Shown: positions 51,849 to 61,860, counted from the first letter of the stretch. The stretch: DNA of 64,000 nucleotides from an uncultured Pseudomonadota bacterium (GCA_963770835.1 CAVYRH010000011.1:32001-96000), one strand, 5' to 3'. A program made the numbers and translations. Notes: generated by a model not told the origin, from the sequence alone.

Positions 51849-53615
51849 ATGGCTAAGCAAAAAATGAAACTCAAACAAGGCGCGGAGATGGTGGTGGAGG
51901 TTCTCTTGAGCGAGGGGGTCGACATTGCCTGGGGCGTGACGGGCGGGGCCATCCTGCCGGTTTACGACGCCCTTTACCGCAACCGGGACAAGATCCGCCT
52001 CATCGACACCCGCCATGAGCAGGGGGCGGTCCATATGGCCGAAGGCTACGCCAAATCCACCGGCAAAGTGGGTGTTTGCGTGGTCACCTCCGGCCCCGGC
52101 GCCACCAACATCGTCACGGGTTTGGCCGACGCCTATATGGATTCGGTTCCCCTGGTGGCCATCACGGGCCAGGTCCCGACCTCCCTTATCGGCACCGACG
52201 GATTCCAGGAAGCGGATGTGGTGGGAATCACGCGGCCCTGCACCAAGCACAATTACCTGGTGAAGAACATCCAGGAACTTCCCCAGATCATGCGGGACGC
52301 CTTTTTCATCGCCCGTTCCGGGCGGCCGGGGCCGGTTTTGGTGGACATCCCCAAGGATATCGCGGCGGCCTCGGCCGAAGTGGAAATCCCCACCAAGGCT
52401 ACCATTCCCCTGTCCAAGTTCGTGCCCACGCCGGACATGAACGAGATCGATAAGATCGCCGAGTACTTGAAGCACGCCAAGCGCCCCCTGATTTACGCGG
52501 GGGGCGGCGTCATCAACGCCGGGGCGGCCGAGGAACTTTATAAATTCGCTCGCAAGACCAATATCCCGGTCACCCTGACCCTGATGGGCCTGGGCGCCTA
52601 CCCGGCCACGGACCGGCAGTTCATCGACATGCTGGGCATGCACGGCAGCTACCGGGCCAACATGGCCTTGACCAACTGCGACCTTCTGATCGCCATCGGC
52701 AGCCGTTTCGACGACCGGGTGACGGGCAAGTTGAGCGAGTTTTCGCCGAACTCCAAGAAGGTCCATATCGACGTGGACCCAACCTCCATCGGCAAGAACG
52801 TCAAGGTGGACGCCCACGTGCTGGGCGACATGCGTTTCATCCTCAAGGACCTGACCAAGCGGGCCGGGTCCATGGATTACGACGCCTGGTACGACGAACT
52901 GGACGGGTGGCACAAGAGCCATCCCCTGGGCTACAAGCAAGACCCGAAGGGGGAGACATTGCCCCAGTTCGCCATCGATGAAATCTACCGCATCACCAAG
53001 GGCGACGCCTATGTGGCAACCGAAGTGGGCCAGCACCAGATGTGGGCGGCCCAGTATTACAAGTTCAACAAGCCCCGCCGTTGGATCACCTCAGGGGGCC
53101 TGGGCACGATGGGCTTCGGCTTCCCGGCCGCTATCGGCGTGGCCTTCGCCCATCCCAACGCCACGGTCATCGACATCGCCGGCGACGGCAGCTTCCAGAT
53201 GACCCTGCAGGAACTGGCCATCGTCAAGCAATACGACCTGAACGTGAAGACCATCATCATCAACAACAAGTTCATGGGCATGGTCAAGCAATGGCAGGAC
53301 TTGTTCTTCGACAAGCGCTACGCGGCCACCTCCATCCCGGCCCAGCCGGATTTCGTGAAATTGGCGGAGGCCTACGGCATCAAGGGCCTCAAGGCCGAGA
53401 CGTCCAAGGAAACCACCCAGGTGCTGGAGGAGGCCCTGACCACGAAGGGGCCCTACCTGGTGGACGTGGTGGTGGACAAGGAAGAGCACGTCTATCCCAT
53501 GGTTCCGGCGGGCGGGGCGGTGAAGGATATCGTCCTTTCCAAGGCGCACGAAAAGCAAAAGGCGCAGGAAAACCGCGCCAAGGGCCCCCAAAAGCCCACC
53601 CAAGTGCACCTTTAA
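51849..53615 (+). CDS. ilvB: Acetolactate synthase large subunit
   Basis: RHEQGA, TSGPGATN, GMHG, GDGSFQM. Confidence 0.96.
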   Translation: MAKQKMKLKQGAEMVVEVLLSEGVDIAWGVTGGAILPVYDALYRNRDKIRLIDTRHEQGAVHMAEGYAKSTGKVGVCVVTSGPGATNIVTGLADAYMDSVPLVAITGQVPTSLIGTDGFQEADVVGITRPCTKHNYLVKNIQELPQIMRDAFFIARSGRPGPVLVDIPKDIAAASAEVEIPTKATIPLSKFVPTPDMNEIDKIAEYLKHAKRPLIYAGGGVINAGAAEELYKFARKTNIPVTLTLMGLGAYPATDRQFIDMLGMHGSYRANMALTNCDLLIAIGSRFDDRVTGKLSEFSPNSKKVHIDVDPTSIGKNVKVDAHVLGDMRFILKDLTKRAGSMDYDAWYDELDGWHKSHPLGYKQDPKGETLPQFAIDEIYRITKGDAYVATEVGQHQMWAAQYYKFNKPRRWITSGGLGTMGFGFPAAIGVAFAHPNATVIDIAGDGSFQMTLQELAIVKQYDLNVKTIIINNKFMGMVKQWQDLFFDKRYAATSIPAQPDFVKLAEAYGIKGLKAETSKETTQVLEEALTTKGPYLVDVVVDKEEHVYPMVPAGGAVKDIVLSKAHEKQKAQENRAKGPQKPTQVHL

Positions 53616-53677
53616 AAGGCAGCTCACAGCCGGCAGTCGACAGCCAGGCAAAAGAACTTAAAAGAAAGGCAAAAACC

Positions 53678-54220
53678 ATGAGACACACTATTTCGGTCCT
53701 TGTGAACAACCGCGCGGGGGTTTTGTCCCGCGTTTCCAACCTGTTTTCGGCCCGGGGCTACAACATCGACAGCCTGGTGGTCGGCATCACGGAGGACCCC
53801 AAGGTGTCCCGGATGACCATCGTGGTGCGGGGCGACGAGCGGGTCATCGACCAGGTGGAAAAACAGCTCAACAAGCTCATCGACGTGATCAAGGTTTCGG
53901 ACCTCACCAACGAGGACTTCATCGCCCGGGACCTGGCCTTGATCAAGGTGAAGGCCGAGCCCAACACCCGCAGCCATGTCATCGAGATCGTCCAGTGTTT
54001 CGACGCCAAGATCGTGGACGTGGCCTTGAAGAGCTTCACCATCGAGGTCACCGGCAAGGAAAGCAAGATCAACGCCATGGTCGATCTTTTGAGGCATTAC
54101 GGCCTGTTGGAGATGGTGCGCACCGGCGAGGTGGCCATTTTCCGGGGCAAGAAGGTCCAAGAGGAAGAGGAAAAGAAGGTCAAGATGAAGGCGGGAAAAG
54201 CCGGACAGTCCAATCTTTGA
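53678..54220 (+). CDS. ilvN: Acetolactate synthase small subunit
   Basis: MRHTISVLV.N..GVLSR, RGYNIDSL, QLNKLIDVIKV. Confidence 0.96.
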   Translation: MRHTISVLVNNRAGVLSRVSNLFSARGYNIDSLVVGITEDPKVSRMTIVVRGDERVIDQVEKQLNKLIDVIKVSDLTNEDFIARDLALIKVKAEPNTRSHVIEIVQCFDAKIVDVALKSFTIEVTGKESKINAMVDLLRHYGLLEMVRTGEVAIFRGKKVQEEEEKKVKMKAGKAGQSNL

Positions 54221-54395
54221 AAGGCAGTCGGCAGTTCGCAGTTGTCCAGTTTCACAATTGATAAACCAGGCTTCGCCTGGGCAATGAAAACTGGACTACC
54301 CTGATCTCTTTATGCGGGCTTCGGCCCGAAGGCAATACGAAGATCAGGGTGGCAGGTAAACCTAAATAAAAAGGCGAAAACCTAAGGAGACAAAG

Positions 54396-55385
54396 ATGGC
54401 GAAGATTTACTACGAGCAGGATGCGGATCTCAATGCGTTGAAGGGGAAGACCCTGGCCGTCTTGGGCTATGGGAACCAGGGCCGCAACCAGGCCCTTAAC
54501 CTCAAGGACTCGGGCATCAAGGTGATCATCGGGACGCGCTCCGAGAAAACCAAGGCCCAGGCCAAGGCGGACGGCTTTGAGGCTTTGGATTCCAAGGAAG
54601 CGGCGGCCAAGGCCGACATCATCCAGATCCTCATCCAGGACGACCTGCAAGGCGCCCTTTACCGCAACGACGTGCTGCCGTCCTTGAAGGCGGGCAAGGC
54701 CCTCATGTTCTCACACGGTTTCAACATCCATTTCGGCCAGATCGTGCCGCCCCCGGACGTGGACGTGTTCATGATCGCGCCCAAGGGGCCGGGCCACCTG
54801 GTGCGCACCACCTATGTGGAAGGAAAGGGCGTTCCGGCGCTCGTCGCCATCCACCAAAACGCCACGGGCAACGCCTTGAAGCTGGCCCTGGCCTACGGCA
54901 AGGCCATCGGCGCCACCCGCGCCGGGGTTTTGGAAACCACCTTTAAAGAAGAGACCGAAACCGACTTGTTCGGCGAGCAAGTGGTCCTTTGCGGCGGCTT
55001 GTCGGAATTGATCCGCTCGGGGTTTGAAACCCTGGTCACGGCCGGTTACCAGCCCGAAGTGGCTTATTTCGAGTGCCTGCACGAAGTGAAGCTCATCGTG
55101 GATTTGATCTACGAGAAGGGCATCACCGGCATGCGGGACGCCATTTCCACCACCGCCAAGTACGGGGATATCACCCGGGGACGGCGCATCATCAACGAAA
55201 ACACGCGCCACGAGATGCAGCGCATCCTGGCCGAGATCCAGTCCGGCTCCTTCGCGCGCGAGTTCGTGTTGGAAAACCAGGCCAACCGGCCCGTTTACAA
55301 CTCCATCCTGCGCAACGACGCCAACCACATGATCGAGAAGGTGGGAACGCAGGTGCGCAGCATGTTCAGCTGGATGAAAAAATAG
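54396..55385 (+). CDS. ilvC: Ketol-acid reductoisomerase
   Basis: [23 protein letters not shown]. Confidence 0.98.
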   Translation: MAKIYYEQDADLNALKGKTLAVLGYGNQGRNQALNLKDSGIKVIIGTRSEKTKAQAKADGFEALDSKEAAAKADIIQILIQDDLQGALYRNDVLPSLKAGKALMFSHGFNIHFGQIVPPPDVDVFMIAPKGPGHLVRTTYVEGKGVPALVAIHQNATGNALKLALAYGKAIGATRAGVLETTFKEETETDLFGEQVVLCGGLSELIRSGFETLVTAGYQPEVAYFECLHEVKLIVDLIYEKGITGMRDAISTTAKYGDITRGRRIINENTRHEMQRILAEIQSGSFAREFVLENQANRPVYNSILRNDANHMIEKVGTQVRSMFSWMKK

Positions 55386-55574
55386 AAGATTGAACCACAG
55401 AGGTCACGGAGGACACAGAGTGAGGCAAAAAGGAATCTAAAAAAGATTTTCTCTGTGAACTCTGTCCCACATAACCTATTTGAAATGTAAAAATGGAAAT
55501 GTGGGACTATACCACCCTCTTTAAAGTTTTATGAATGGGTGGCATGTGTACTCTGTGGTGAAAGAGGTGTTTTT

Positions 55575-56255
55575 TTGAAACTGCCGTTTATGCCGGAAAC
55601 CTGGGGCATGTTCCTGCCCACGCTGGCGGTGGGGTGGGGACTGCTCCTGGCCGGGAGCCATTGGGGAAACGGAATCCTGATCGTCCTTGGCGCGGCGGTG
55701 CTGGTCGTTTCGGCGCTGATCCTCAACTTTTTCCGGGATTTTGAGAGGCGGCCCGAAAGGGAACTGAAGCCAAAGGAAATCCTGGCTCCTGCGGACGGCA
55801 AGGTGGTGGTGTTGAAGAAGGCGGTGGAAAAGTTTTACCTCAAGAAGCCATCGGTCCACATCGCCATCTTCATGAACCCGCTGAACAACCACGTCCAACG
55901 GGCGCCTTACGACGGCAAGGTGGTCAAGAAGGTTTACCATCCCGGAAAGTTCCTGGCGGCCTATGACGACAAGGCCGACCTGGTGAACGAGCAGGCCCAC
56001 TTGGTGGTGGACCTGAGGACGCCCGGCAAAAAAGGGAAAAACGCCGGACGCATTGTTTTAAAACAAATTGCCGGCTTGTTATGCCGGAGGGTAAGGACGA
56101 CCCCGGACCAAGGGGATGTTATCGTCCGTGGCAAAAGAATCGGGCGCATCCTCCTGGGTTCGCGGGTGGATGTCTTCCTGCCGAAGGGCTTCAAACCGGC
56201 CGTGAAAATGGGCGACCAAGTCCGGGCAGGTGTAACGGTGCTGGGGGAACTTTAA
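55575..56255 (+). CDS. psd: Phosphatidylserine decarboxylase proenzyme
   Basis: FFRD, APADGKV, H.QRAP, QIAG, LGSRVD cleavage motif; TTG start after GAGGTG. Confidence 0.9.
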   Translation: MKLPFMPETWGMFLPTLAVGWGLLLAGSHWGNGILIVLGAAVLVVSALILNFFRDFERRPERELKPKEILAPADGKVVVLKKAVEKFYLKKPSVHIAIFMNPLNNHVQRAPYDGKVVKKVYHPGKFLAAYDDKADLVNEQAHLVVDLRTPGKKGKNAGRIVLKQIAGLLCRRVRTTPDQGDVIVRGKRIGRILLGSRVDVFLPKGFKPAVKMGDQVRAGVTVLGEL

Positions 56256-56367
56256 AGGCAGTTTTGAGTGTTGAGTTTTAAGTTTTGAGTTAAGGAAAGT
56301 TATTTGAACCGTCGGTTCAAATAACTTTTAGCGGCTTATGATTTCTATGTGAACAACGGAGAAGGCG

Positions 56368-57246
56368 ATGGCGGCGATAAGACCCAAAATGAAACCGATG
56401 GGGGCGGAGAAGCCTTTCAATTCCCGCCTGCGCAAATCCATCTTCCTGCTGCCCAACCTGCTCACCGCCTCCAACATGGTGCTGGGCCTGCTGGCCATCG
56501 TCTTCGCCATCAACGACTCGCTGGCGCTCAAGCTGGCGGGCGAAAACGTCATTCCCTTCGTGCTGCCGGCCAAGCTCATCATCATCGCGGCCTTCCTGGA
56601 CTTTACCGACGGCTTCGTGGCCAGGGCCACGGGCACGACCAGCAAGTTCGGCATGGAATTCGACAGCCTTTCCGACCTCATCAGCTTCGGCGTGGCGCCG
56701 GGGCTTCTGATCTACCTGTCGGTGCTGCGCAACATCCCCATCCTGGGAGCGGGGCTTTCCATCACGCTGTTTTACATCGTCTGCACGGCCATCCGGCTGG
56801 CCCGGTTCAACGTCCAGGCCCAAGTGGAGGAAAAGAGCCATTTCACGGGCCTGCCCAGCCCCGCCGCCGCGGGCCTCCTGGCCAGCTACGTGCTCTTCGC
56901 CCATTACGAGGGGTGGTATGAGAAGGCCATCATCGTAAATCCCGTCATGCACTGGTACGAGGAGAACGTCAACTGGTGGGAGCTGTACCTGATTCCCATC
57001 ATGACCGCGCTTATCGCAATCGTCATGGTTTCCACCATCAGCTACCCCAGCCTGAAGAAGCTGAGTTGGGAGACGGTCAAGCCCTGGACCTTCGCCTTCA
57101 TCATCCTGGGGGTGTTCTTCCTGATCTACTGCATGGAATTCTCCTCCTTCGCCTTGCTGACCTTTTACCTCTTGTGGGGCATCCTCCATGCCCTGACCAA
57201 AAAAAGTTTTGAAAAAATGAGACCTAAAAAAGCACCAGCAGCCTAA
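56368..57246 (+). CDS. pssA: CDP-diacylglycerol--serine O-phosphatidyltransferase
   Basis: LPNLLT, DG.VAR, DSLSD.ISFGVAP, RLARFN, FTGLPSP. Confidence 0.93.
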   Translation: MAAIRPKMKPMGAEKPFNSRLRKSIFLLPNLLTASNMVLGLLAIVFAINDSLALKLAGENVIPFVLPAKLIIIAAFLDFTDGFVARATGTTSKFGMEFDSLSDLISFGVAPGLLIYLSVLRNIPILGAGLSITLFYIVCTAIRLARFNVQAQVEEKSHFTGLPSPAAAGLLASYVLFAHYEGWYEKAIIVNPVMHWYEENVNWWELYLIPIMTALIAIVMVSTISYPSLKKLSWETVKPWTFAFIILGVFFLIYCMEFSSFALLTFYLLWGILHALTKKSFEKMRPKKAPAA

Positions 57247-57511
57247 CCCGGAGGTAATGTTGCGGTTTGCTTAGATCACCCTCACCCCGTCCCATCTCCC
57301 TGACGGCGCTCATAGGGAAGCCCCCCTATGTACCCTCAAAACCGAGGCGTCAAGGGAGAGGGAGAAATCCTAGAAATGGACCGCATCCAATACCCTCGCC
57401 CCTTGCGGGAGAGGGTGGGGTGAGGGGTGACTTTGGGAAACTTTAAGATCAAATTACAATACAAACAAACTGAACCGCCCTTGACTGGGCACAAACATAA
57501 GGAGTCCAACC

Positions 57512-59098
57512 ATGAAAACCAAAAGCACCACTGACGATAAAAATGAACGGGTTTATATATTCGACACCACCCTGCGGGACGGGGAACAGGCCCCGGGAGC
57601 CAGCCTGAACACCGAGGAAAAGATGAAGGTGGCCGCCCAACTGGAAAAACTGGGCGTGGATATCATCGAGGCGGGCTTTCCCGCCGCCTCGCCCGGCGAC
57701 GCCGAGGCCGTGGAGAAGATCGCCAAGGCGCTCAAGAAAACCATCGTGGCCGCATTGTCCCGGGCCATCCGCAAGGATATCGACGCCTGCGCCAAGGCCC
57801 TGAAACCGGCCAAGCGCCCGCGCATCCATACCTTCATCTCCTCCTCGGACATCCACCTGAAGCACCTTTTCCGCAAGAGCCGCGAGGAGGCCCTGGCGGC
57901 GGTGGTGGACGCGGTCAAGTACGCCCGGCGCTTTTCCGACGACGTGGAGTTTTCCGCGCAGGATGCCTCCCGGTCGGATTTGGACTTCCTGTGCCGCATG
58001 GTCGAGGCGGCCATCAAGAGCGGCGCCAAGACGGTCAACGTGCCCGACACAGTGGGTTACGCCATCCCCACCGAATACGGCCATATGGTGGCCACCCTGA
58101 AGAACCGGGTGCCCAACATCAGCAAGGCCGTCATCTCCGTGCATTGCCACAACGACCTGGGGCTGGCGGTGGCCAACTCCCTCTCGGCGATCCGAAGCGG
58201 GGCGCGGCAGGTGGAATGCACCATCAACGGCATCGGGGAGCGGGCGGGCAACGCCAGCCTGGAGGAAATCGTCATGGTGCTCAAGACCCGGCACGACCTC
58301 TATCCCTACCAGACCGGCGTCGACACGACGGAAATCTACAAGACCAGCCGCCTGGTCTCGACCCTGACGGGCTTCATGATCCAGCCCAACAAGGCCATGG
58401 TGGGCAACAACGCTTTCGCCCATGAGAGCGGCATCCACCAGGACGGCATGCTCAAGTACCGCCAGAACTACGAGATCATGACGCCCCAGGAGATCGGGGT
58501 GCCGGAAAGCCGCCTGGTGCTGGGAAAGCACTCAGGCCGCCACGCCTTCAAGAAAAGGCTGGAAGACTTGGGATACAACCTCGCGCCGGAGGCCATTGAC
58601 GGGCTCTTCGCCAAGTTAAAGGACCTTGCGGACAAGAAAAAAAGCGTGTACGACGAGGACATCGAGGCCTTGATCGAGGAAAAGATCGCGGCTTCCAGCG
58701 AAATCTACCACTTGACCTACCTGCACACCTCGGCGGGCACCACCACCTTGCCCACGGCCACCCTGAGGCTTAAGAAAGGCGAGGCCGAGAGCGAGGAGGC
58801 CGCCACGGGTGACGGGCCGGTGGACGCGGTTTTCAACGCCATCGACCGGGCCACGGGCTTCAAGGGCAAGCTGGAGAACTATTCCTTGAAGGCCCTCACC
58901 CAGGGCAAGGACGCCCAGGGCGAAGTGACGGTGACCGTCGCCGTCAACGGCGACGAGGCCCACGGCCGGGGCGTTTCCACCGACGTCATCGAGGCCTCGG
59001 CGAAGGCCTACGTCAACGCCGTCAACAAGCTCATGTTGAAGCACAAGGCCAAGAGCGCCAAGGCGGCGTTTGATATACAGAAGGGCTTGAAGCTCTAA
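57512..59098 (+). CDS. leuA: 2-isopropylmalate synthase
   Basis: DTTLRDGEQ, HCHNDLG, GIGERAGN, HESGIHQDG, regulatory domain GPVDA. Confidence 0.97.
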   Translation: MKTKSTTDDKNERVYIFDTTLRDGEQAPGASLNTEEKMKVAAQLEKLGVDIIEAGFPAASPGDAEAVEKIAKALKKTIVAALSRAIRKDIDACAKALKPAKRPRIHTFISSSDIHLKHLFRKSREEALAAVVDAVKYARRFSDDVEFSAQDASRSDLDFLCRMVEAAIKSGAKTVNVPDTVGYAIPTEYGHMVATLKNRVPNISKAVISVHCHNDLGLAVANSLSAIRSGARQVECTINGIGERAGNASLEEIVMVLKTRHDLYPYQTGVDTTEIYKTSRLVSTLTGFMIQPNKAMVGNNAFAHESGIHQDGMLKYRQNYEIMTPQEIGVPESRLVLGKHSGRHAFKKRLEDLGYNLAPEAIDGLFAKLKDLADKKKSVYDEDIEALIEEKIAASSEIYHLTYLHTSAGTTTLPTATLRLKKGEAESEEAATGDGPVDAVFNAIDRATGFKGKLENYSLKALTQGKDAQGEVTVTVAVNGDEAHGRGVSTDVIEASAKAYVNAVNKLMLKHKAKSAKAAFDIQKGLKL

Positions 59099-59157
59099 AA
59101 ACGGTCATCCGGTCTCAGGTGCCAGTCAAAGCTGTCACCTGAGATTTTAGACCTAAC

Positions 59158-59216
59158 CTTTCAATTAACCCCCCCAGGAAGAAAAATCTATAAGGTCACA
59201 AATTGTGACCTTAAAA
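59158..59216 (+). pseudogene. ORF6N-domain gene relic
   Basis: Translates, with one frameshift in a C-run, to FQLTP/QEEKSIRSQIVTLK; contains the palindrome AAGGTCACAAATTGTGACCTT. Confidence 0.55.
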
Positions 59217-59348
59217 AATGAAAAGAGCGCCAAGGCGGCGTTTGATATCCAGGTGGATTTGAAGCTTTAAGCGTATCTTTTAGTGTCACATGCGTGTCAA
59301 ACTCAGTTATGGCTCCTTTGCCAATGTAGGGGTTATAATTTACCCACT

Positions 59349-59654
59349 ATGAGCCCGATGATCACTTTGGACGAATTGGCCTTGGCCGACTTTTGCAAGA
59401 AACGCCATGTCCGAAAGCTTTCGCTTTTCGGGTCAGCGGTGCGTGCCGATTTCAAACCCGGTAGCGACCTCGACCTCTTGGTGGAGTTCGACCCGGGCCA
59501 CACTCCCGGTCTTGCCTTCTTCTCCCTGGCCGAAGAGCTTTCAGCCTTCTTTGGCCGCAAGGTGGATTTAAATACTTCCCGTTCCTTAAGCCCCTACTTC
59601 CGGGACCAGGCTCTTGCCGAGTCCGAAATCCTCTATGACTCGGCACGACCCTAA
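59349..59654 (+). CDS. Minimal nucleotidyltransferase (MNT/MntA-like antitoxin)
   Basis: LSLFGSAVRADF...SDLDLLVEF, GRKVDL. Confidence 0.9.
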   Translation: MSPMITLDELALADFCKKRHVRKLSLFGSAVRADFKPGSDLDLLVEFDPGHTPGLAFFSLAEELSAFFGRKVDLNTSRSLSPYFRDQALAESEILYDSARP

Positions 59655-59985
59655 AGTTTCATTCCTGCAAATGCGGGACACAGTCCAAGAAGTCGTTACC
59701 CTCACCCAGAAGAAAACCCACGACGATCTTCTCAAGGACCGTGTTTTGAACCTTGCCTTAACCCGCCTTTTGGAAGTCCTGGGCGAAGCCGCCACACGCG
59801 TTCCCGAAGAATTCCGCAAGAAATACCCCGGGCTTCCTTGGCAGCAGGTCATCGGGCTAAGAAACAGGCTTATCCACGCCTACGACCAGGTAGACCTCGA
59901 AATCCTTTGGGAAATTGTCTCGGAAGACCTACCACCTTTATCCAAGAATTTGGACCAAATTATTCAAAATTGGGGCGCGGAGTGA
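59635..59985 (+). CDS. HEPN (DUF86/HepT-like) RNase toxin
   Basis: LEVLGEAA, PW..IGLRNRLIHAYD (RX4HXY); overlaps the MNT gene. Confidence 0.9.
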   Translation: MTRHDPKVSFLQMRDTVQEVVTLTQKKTHDDLLKDRVLNLALTRLLEVLGEAATRVPEEFRKKYPGLPWQQVIGLRNRLIHAYDQVDLEILWEIVSEDLPPLSKNLDQIIQNWGAE

Positions 59986-60161
59986 TAACCATCGCCAACC
60001 GCGACGAGGCCCACGGCCGGGGCGTTTCTACCGACGTCATCGAGGCCTCGGCGAAAGCTTACGTCAACGCGGTCAACAAGCTCATGTTGAAGCACAAGGC
60101 CAAGAGCGCCAAGGCGGCCTTTGATATCCAGAAGGGCTTAAGCTTTAGTTTTAATTATGAG

Positions 60162-60195
60162 GCCAGGTGAAAAAATATTTTCACCTGGCTTTTTT
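60162..60195 (+). terminator. Rho-independent terminator after the distal leuA-end copy
   Basis: GCCAGGTGAAAA...TTTTCACCTGGC-TTTTTT. Confidence 0.85.
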
Positions 60196-60240
60196 ACTTC
60201 TCGAAAATCTTTCCAAGCACATAATTGAATAGAGGAATGA

Positions 60241-61359
60241 ATGTTATTAGATCAAATCAAAAAAAATTTATGGTCCATATTAGGTGTTTTCCTCACAATT
60301 TTATTTGGCCTTAGTGGAATTTATTATTACTACAGAGATAAAAAACCTGAAATAACCCTTGAGATTCTGAATGATTCGAATGTTTTGGATGTTCATGAAT
60401 CGTTGAAAGACCTCACTGTTCTTTTTCAAGGGCAGAATATTCAAAAGAATAATTTAAATTTAAAAATGTTGCATGTGAGGATTATTAATTCTGGCGAGAC
60501 AACGATCTTGCAGGATGATTTCGATTCGAATATGGAATGGGGATTAAATATCAATGAAGGAAAGATTATTGAAGCGAGATTTTTGGATGATGAAAGTAAC
60601 TCGACTTATATAAAGGAAAATCTGAAACCCGTATTAATTAGAAGCAATTTTCTTAAATTTCAAAAGGTTATTTTGGAAAAGAAAAAGTATTTTTCTTTTA
60701 ATCTCTTAATACTGCATGAAAAAAATATCAAGGTAACGCCATTTCTATCTGGAAAAATCGCGGGAATAGAAAATTTTATAACATTAAATTCGTACAACAA
60801 TCAGCCTAATCATGAAAATATTATTTTAAAAATTGTTGGTGGGAATTTGTTTGTTCAATTAGCCCGTGTCTTTATTTATTTCTTTTTGGCATTTTTTCTT
60901 ATGATTGGAATTGCATTGGTGCTGGTTCTGTTTGATGAAAAAAAAGAAAAGAAACAAAAAGAAAAAAGAAAAGTTTTAATAGAAAAGTTGTTTCCGGTTG
61001 GCACTAGAGAAGATTTTAATTATTTTATGGACGCATATGTTGAGGATGGTTTTGGAGGACTCTCTGCTGTAAATAAAAACTTCTCTGAACCCAACAAACT
61101 ATATGAAGATTTTTCTGTTTATCTTTTAGACGTTCCCACGGAGAAGTACATAAAAAGAAAAATTCATAGTATGGTCGGAGGTCGGCCTGATAGTGAGCGA
61201 ATTGTCGATTATTATTTCTTGACCGGTAAAATTTTGAGTGAATTGAAGAAACTTAATGAAGCGAAAATGGAAAATGAAACTATAGTTATTGATCAAAAGC
61301 AAAAATCATTTCTTTTGGAAATGATTGAGGCCATTAAAAATAGTGGAGAAAATTGCTGA
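60241..61359 (+). CDS. AT-rich hypothetical membrane protein (two TM segments)
   Basis: 372 aa ORF, visibly much lower GC than its neighbours. Confidence 0.65.
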   Translation: MLLDQIKKNLWSILGVFLTILFGLSGIYYYYRDKKPEITLEILNDSNVLDVHESLKDLTVLFQGQNIQKNNLNLKMLHVRIINSGETTILQDDFDSNMEWGLNINEGKIIEARFLDDESNSTYIKENLKPVLIRSNFLKFQKVILEKKKYFSFNLLILHEKNIKVTPFLSGKIAGIENFITLNSYNNQPNHENIILKIVGGNLFVQLARVFIYFFLAFFLMIGIALVLVLFDEKKEKKQKEKRKVLIEKLFPVGTREDFNYFMDAYVEDGFGGLSAVNKNFSEPNKLYEDFSVYLLDVPTEKYIKRKIHSMVGGRPDSERIVDYYFLTGKILSELKKLNEAKMENETIVIDQKQKSFLLEMIEAIKNSGENC

Positions 61360-61371
61360 AAAGTTAAATGA

Positions 61372-61860
61372 AGCTCTCGTAAAGTTTTTCATTTAGATGG
61401 TTACAATTCCGGACCACAAGTCATCGAAGATAATGGGAAAGAAGAGATTGTCGATTTTAGAAATTCTTTTATTGATGCTTGTGAAGGTTGCCAGACGTGT
61501 TATGAAATCGCTTATCAATGGGACGGCAAAACGTTCATTCCTTCCAAGAGTTCTTTCGACGAATGTGTTGTTGAATATGATAAAAGTTACGACGACGAGA
61601 AGCACAAGGATGACCACATCAAAAAAGCTTTCGAACTGTTTAAGGAATATTTAAAAAACAATCCCAACAGTTTCGCTGCCGCTTATAACCTTTATGGATT
61701 AAGCCGGGATTTGGGTTTGAAAGATGAAGAAAAAAAGTATAAAGAATTGTCTTTGAAAATCGGTTTACAAAATCCGGAAGGGCCGCATTGGAATAGTCCT
61801 GATATGTCTTGGCAAAAGCAAAACCAATCAAGCCTTATCCAACAGTTATCGGAAGAATAA
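61372..61860 (+). pseudogene. 5'-truncated gene remnant (162 open codons, no start codon)
   Basis: Open frame from just after the TGA at 61369 to the TAA ending 61860; natural-looking protein with a TPR-like helix pair. Confidence 0.5.

Larger units (their letters stand above)
58950..60139 (+). repeat. Direct repeats of the leuA 3' end: 58950-59088 matches 60001-60139; 59051-59098 matches 59223-59270
   Basis: 139 bp with 6 mismatches; the 48 bp copy encodes KSAKAAFDIQVDLKL and keeps its stop codon. Confidence 0.95.

Noticed and set aside
55575..57246. psd-pssA inside an ilv-leu operon as a novelty
   Set aside because: The ilvC-psd-pssA-leuA order is known from other bacteria.
51834..59044. 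Long antisense and alternate-frame ORFs over ilvB, ilvC, pssA and leuA, including the 392 aa extension of ilvN
   Set aside because: They are shadows of high-GC3 coding sequence; ilvN starts at 53678.
58950..60139. leuA repeat pair as a DGR template/variable repeat
   Set aside because: The mismatches are synonymous and not adenine-specific, and the only RT implied nearby is that of a group II intron.
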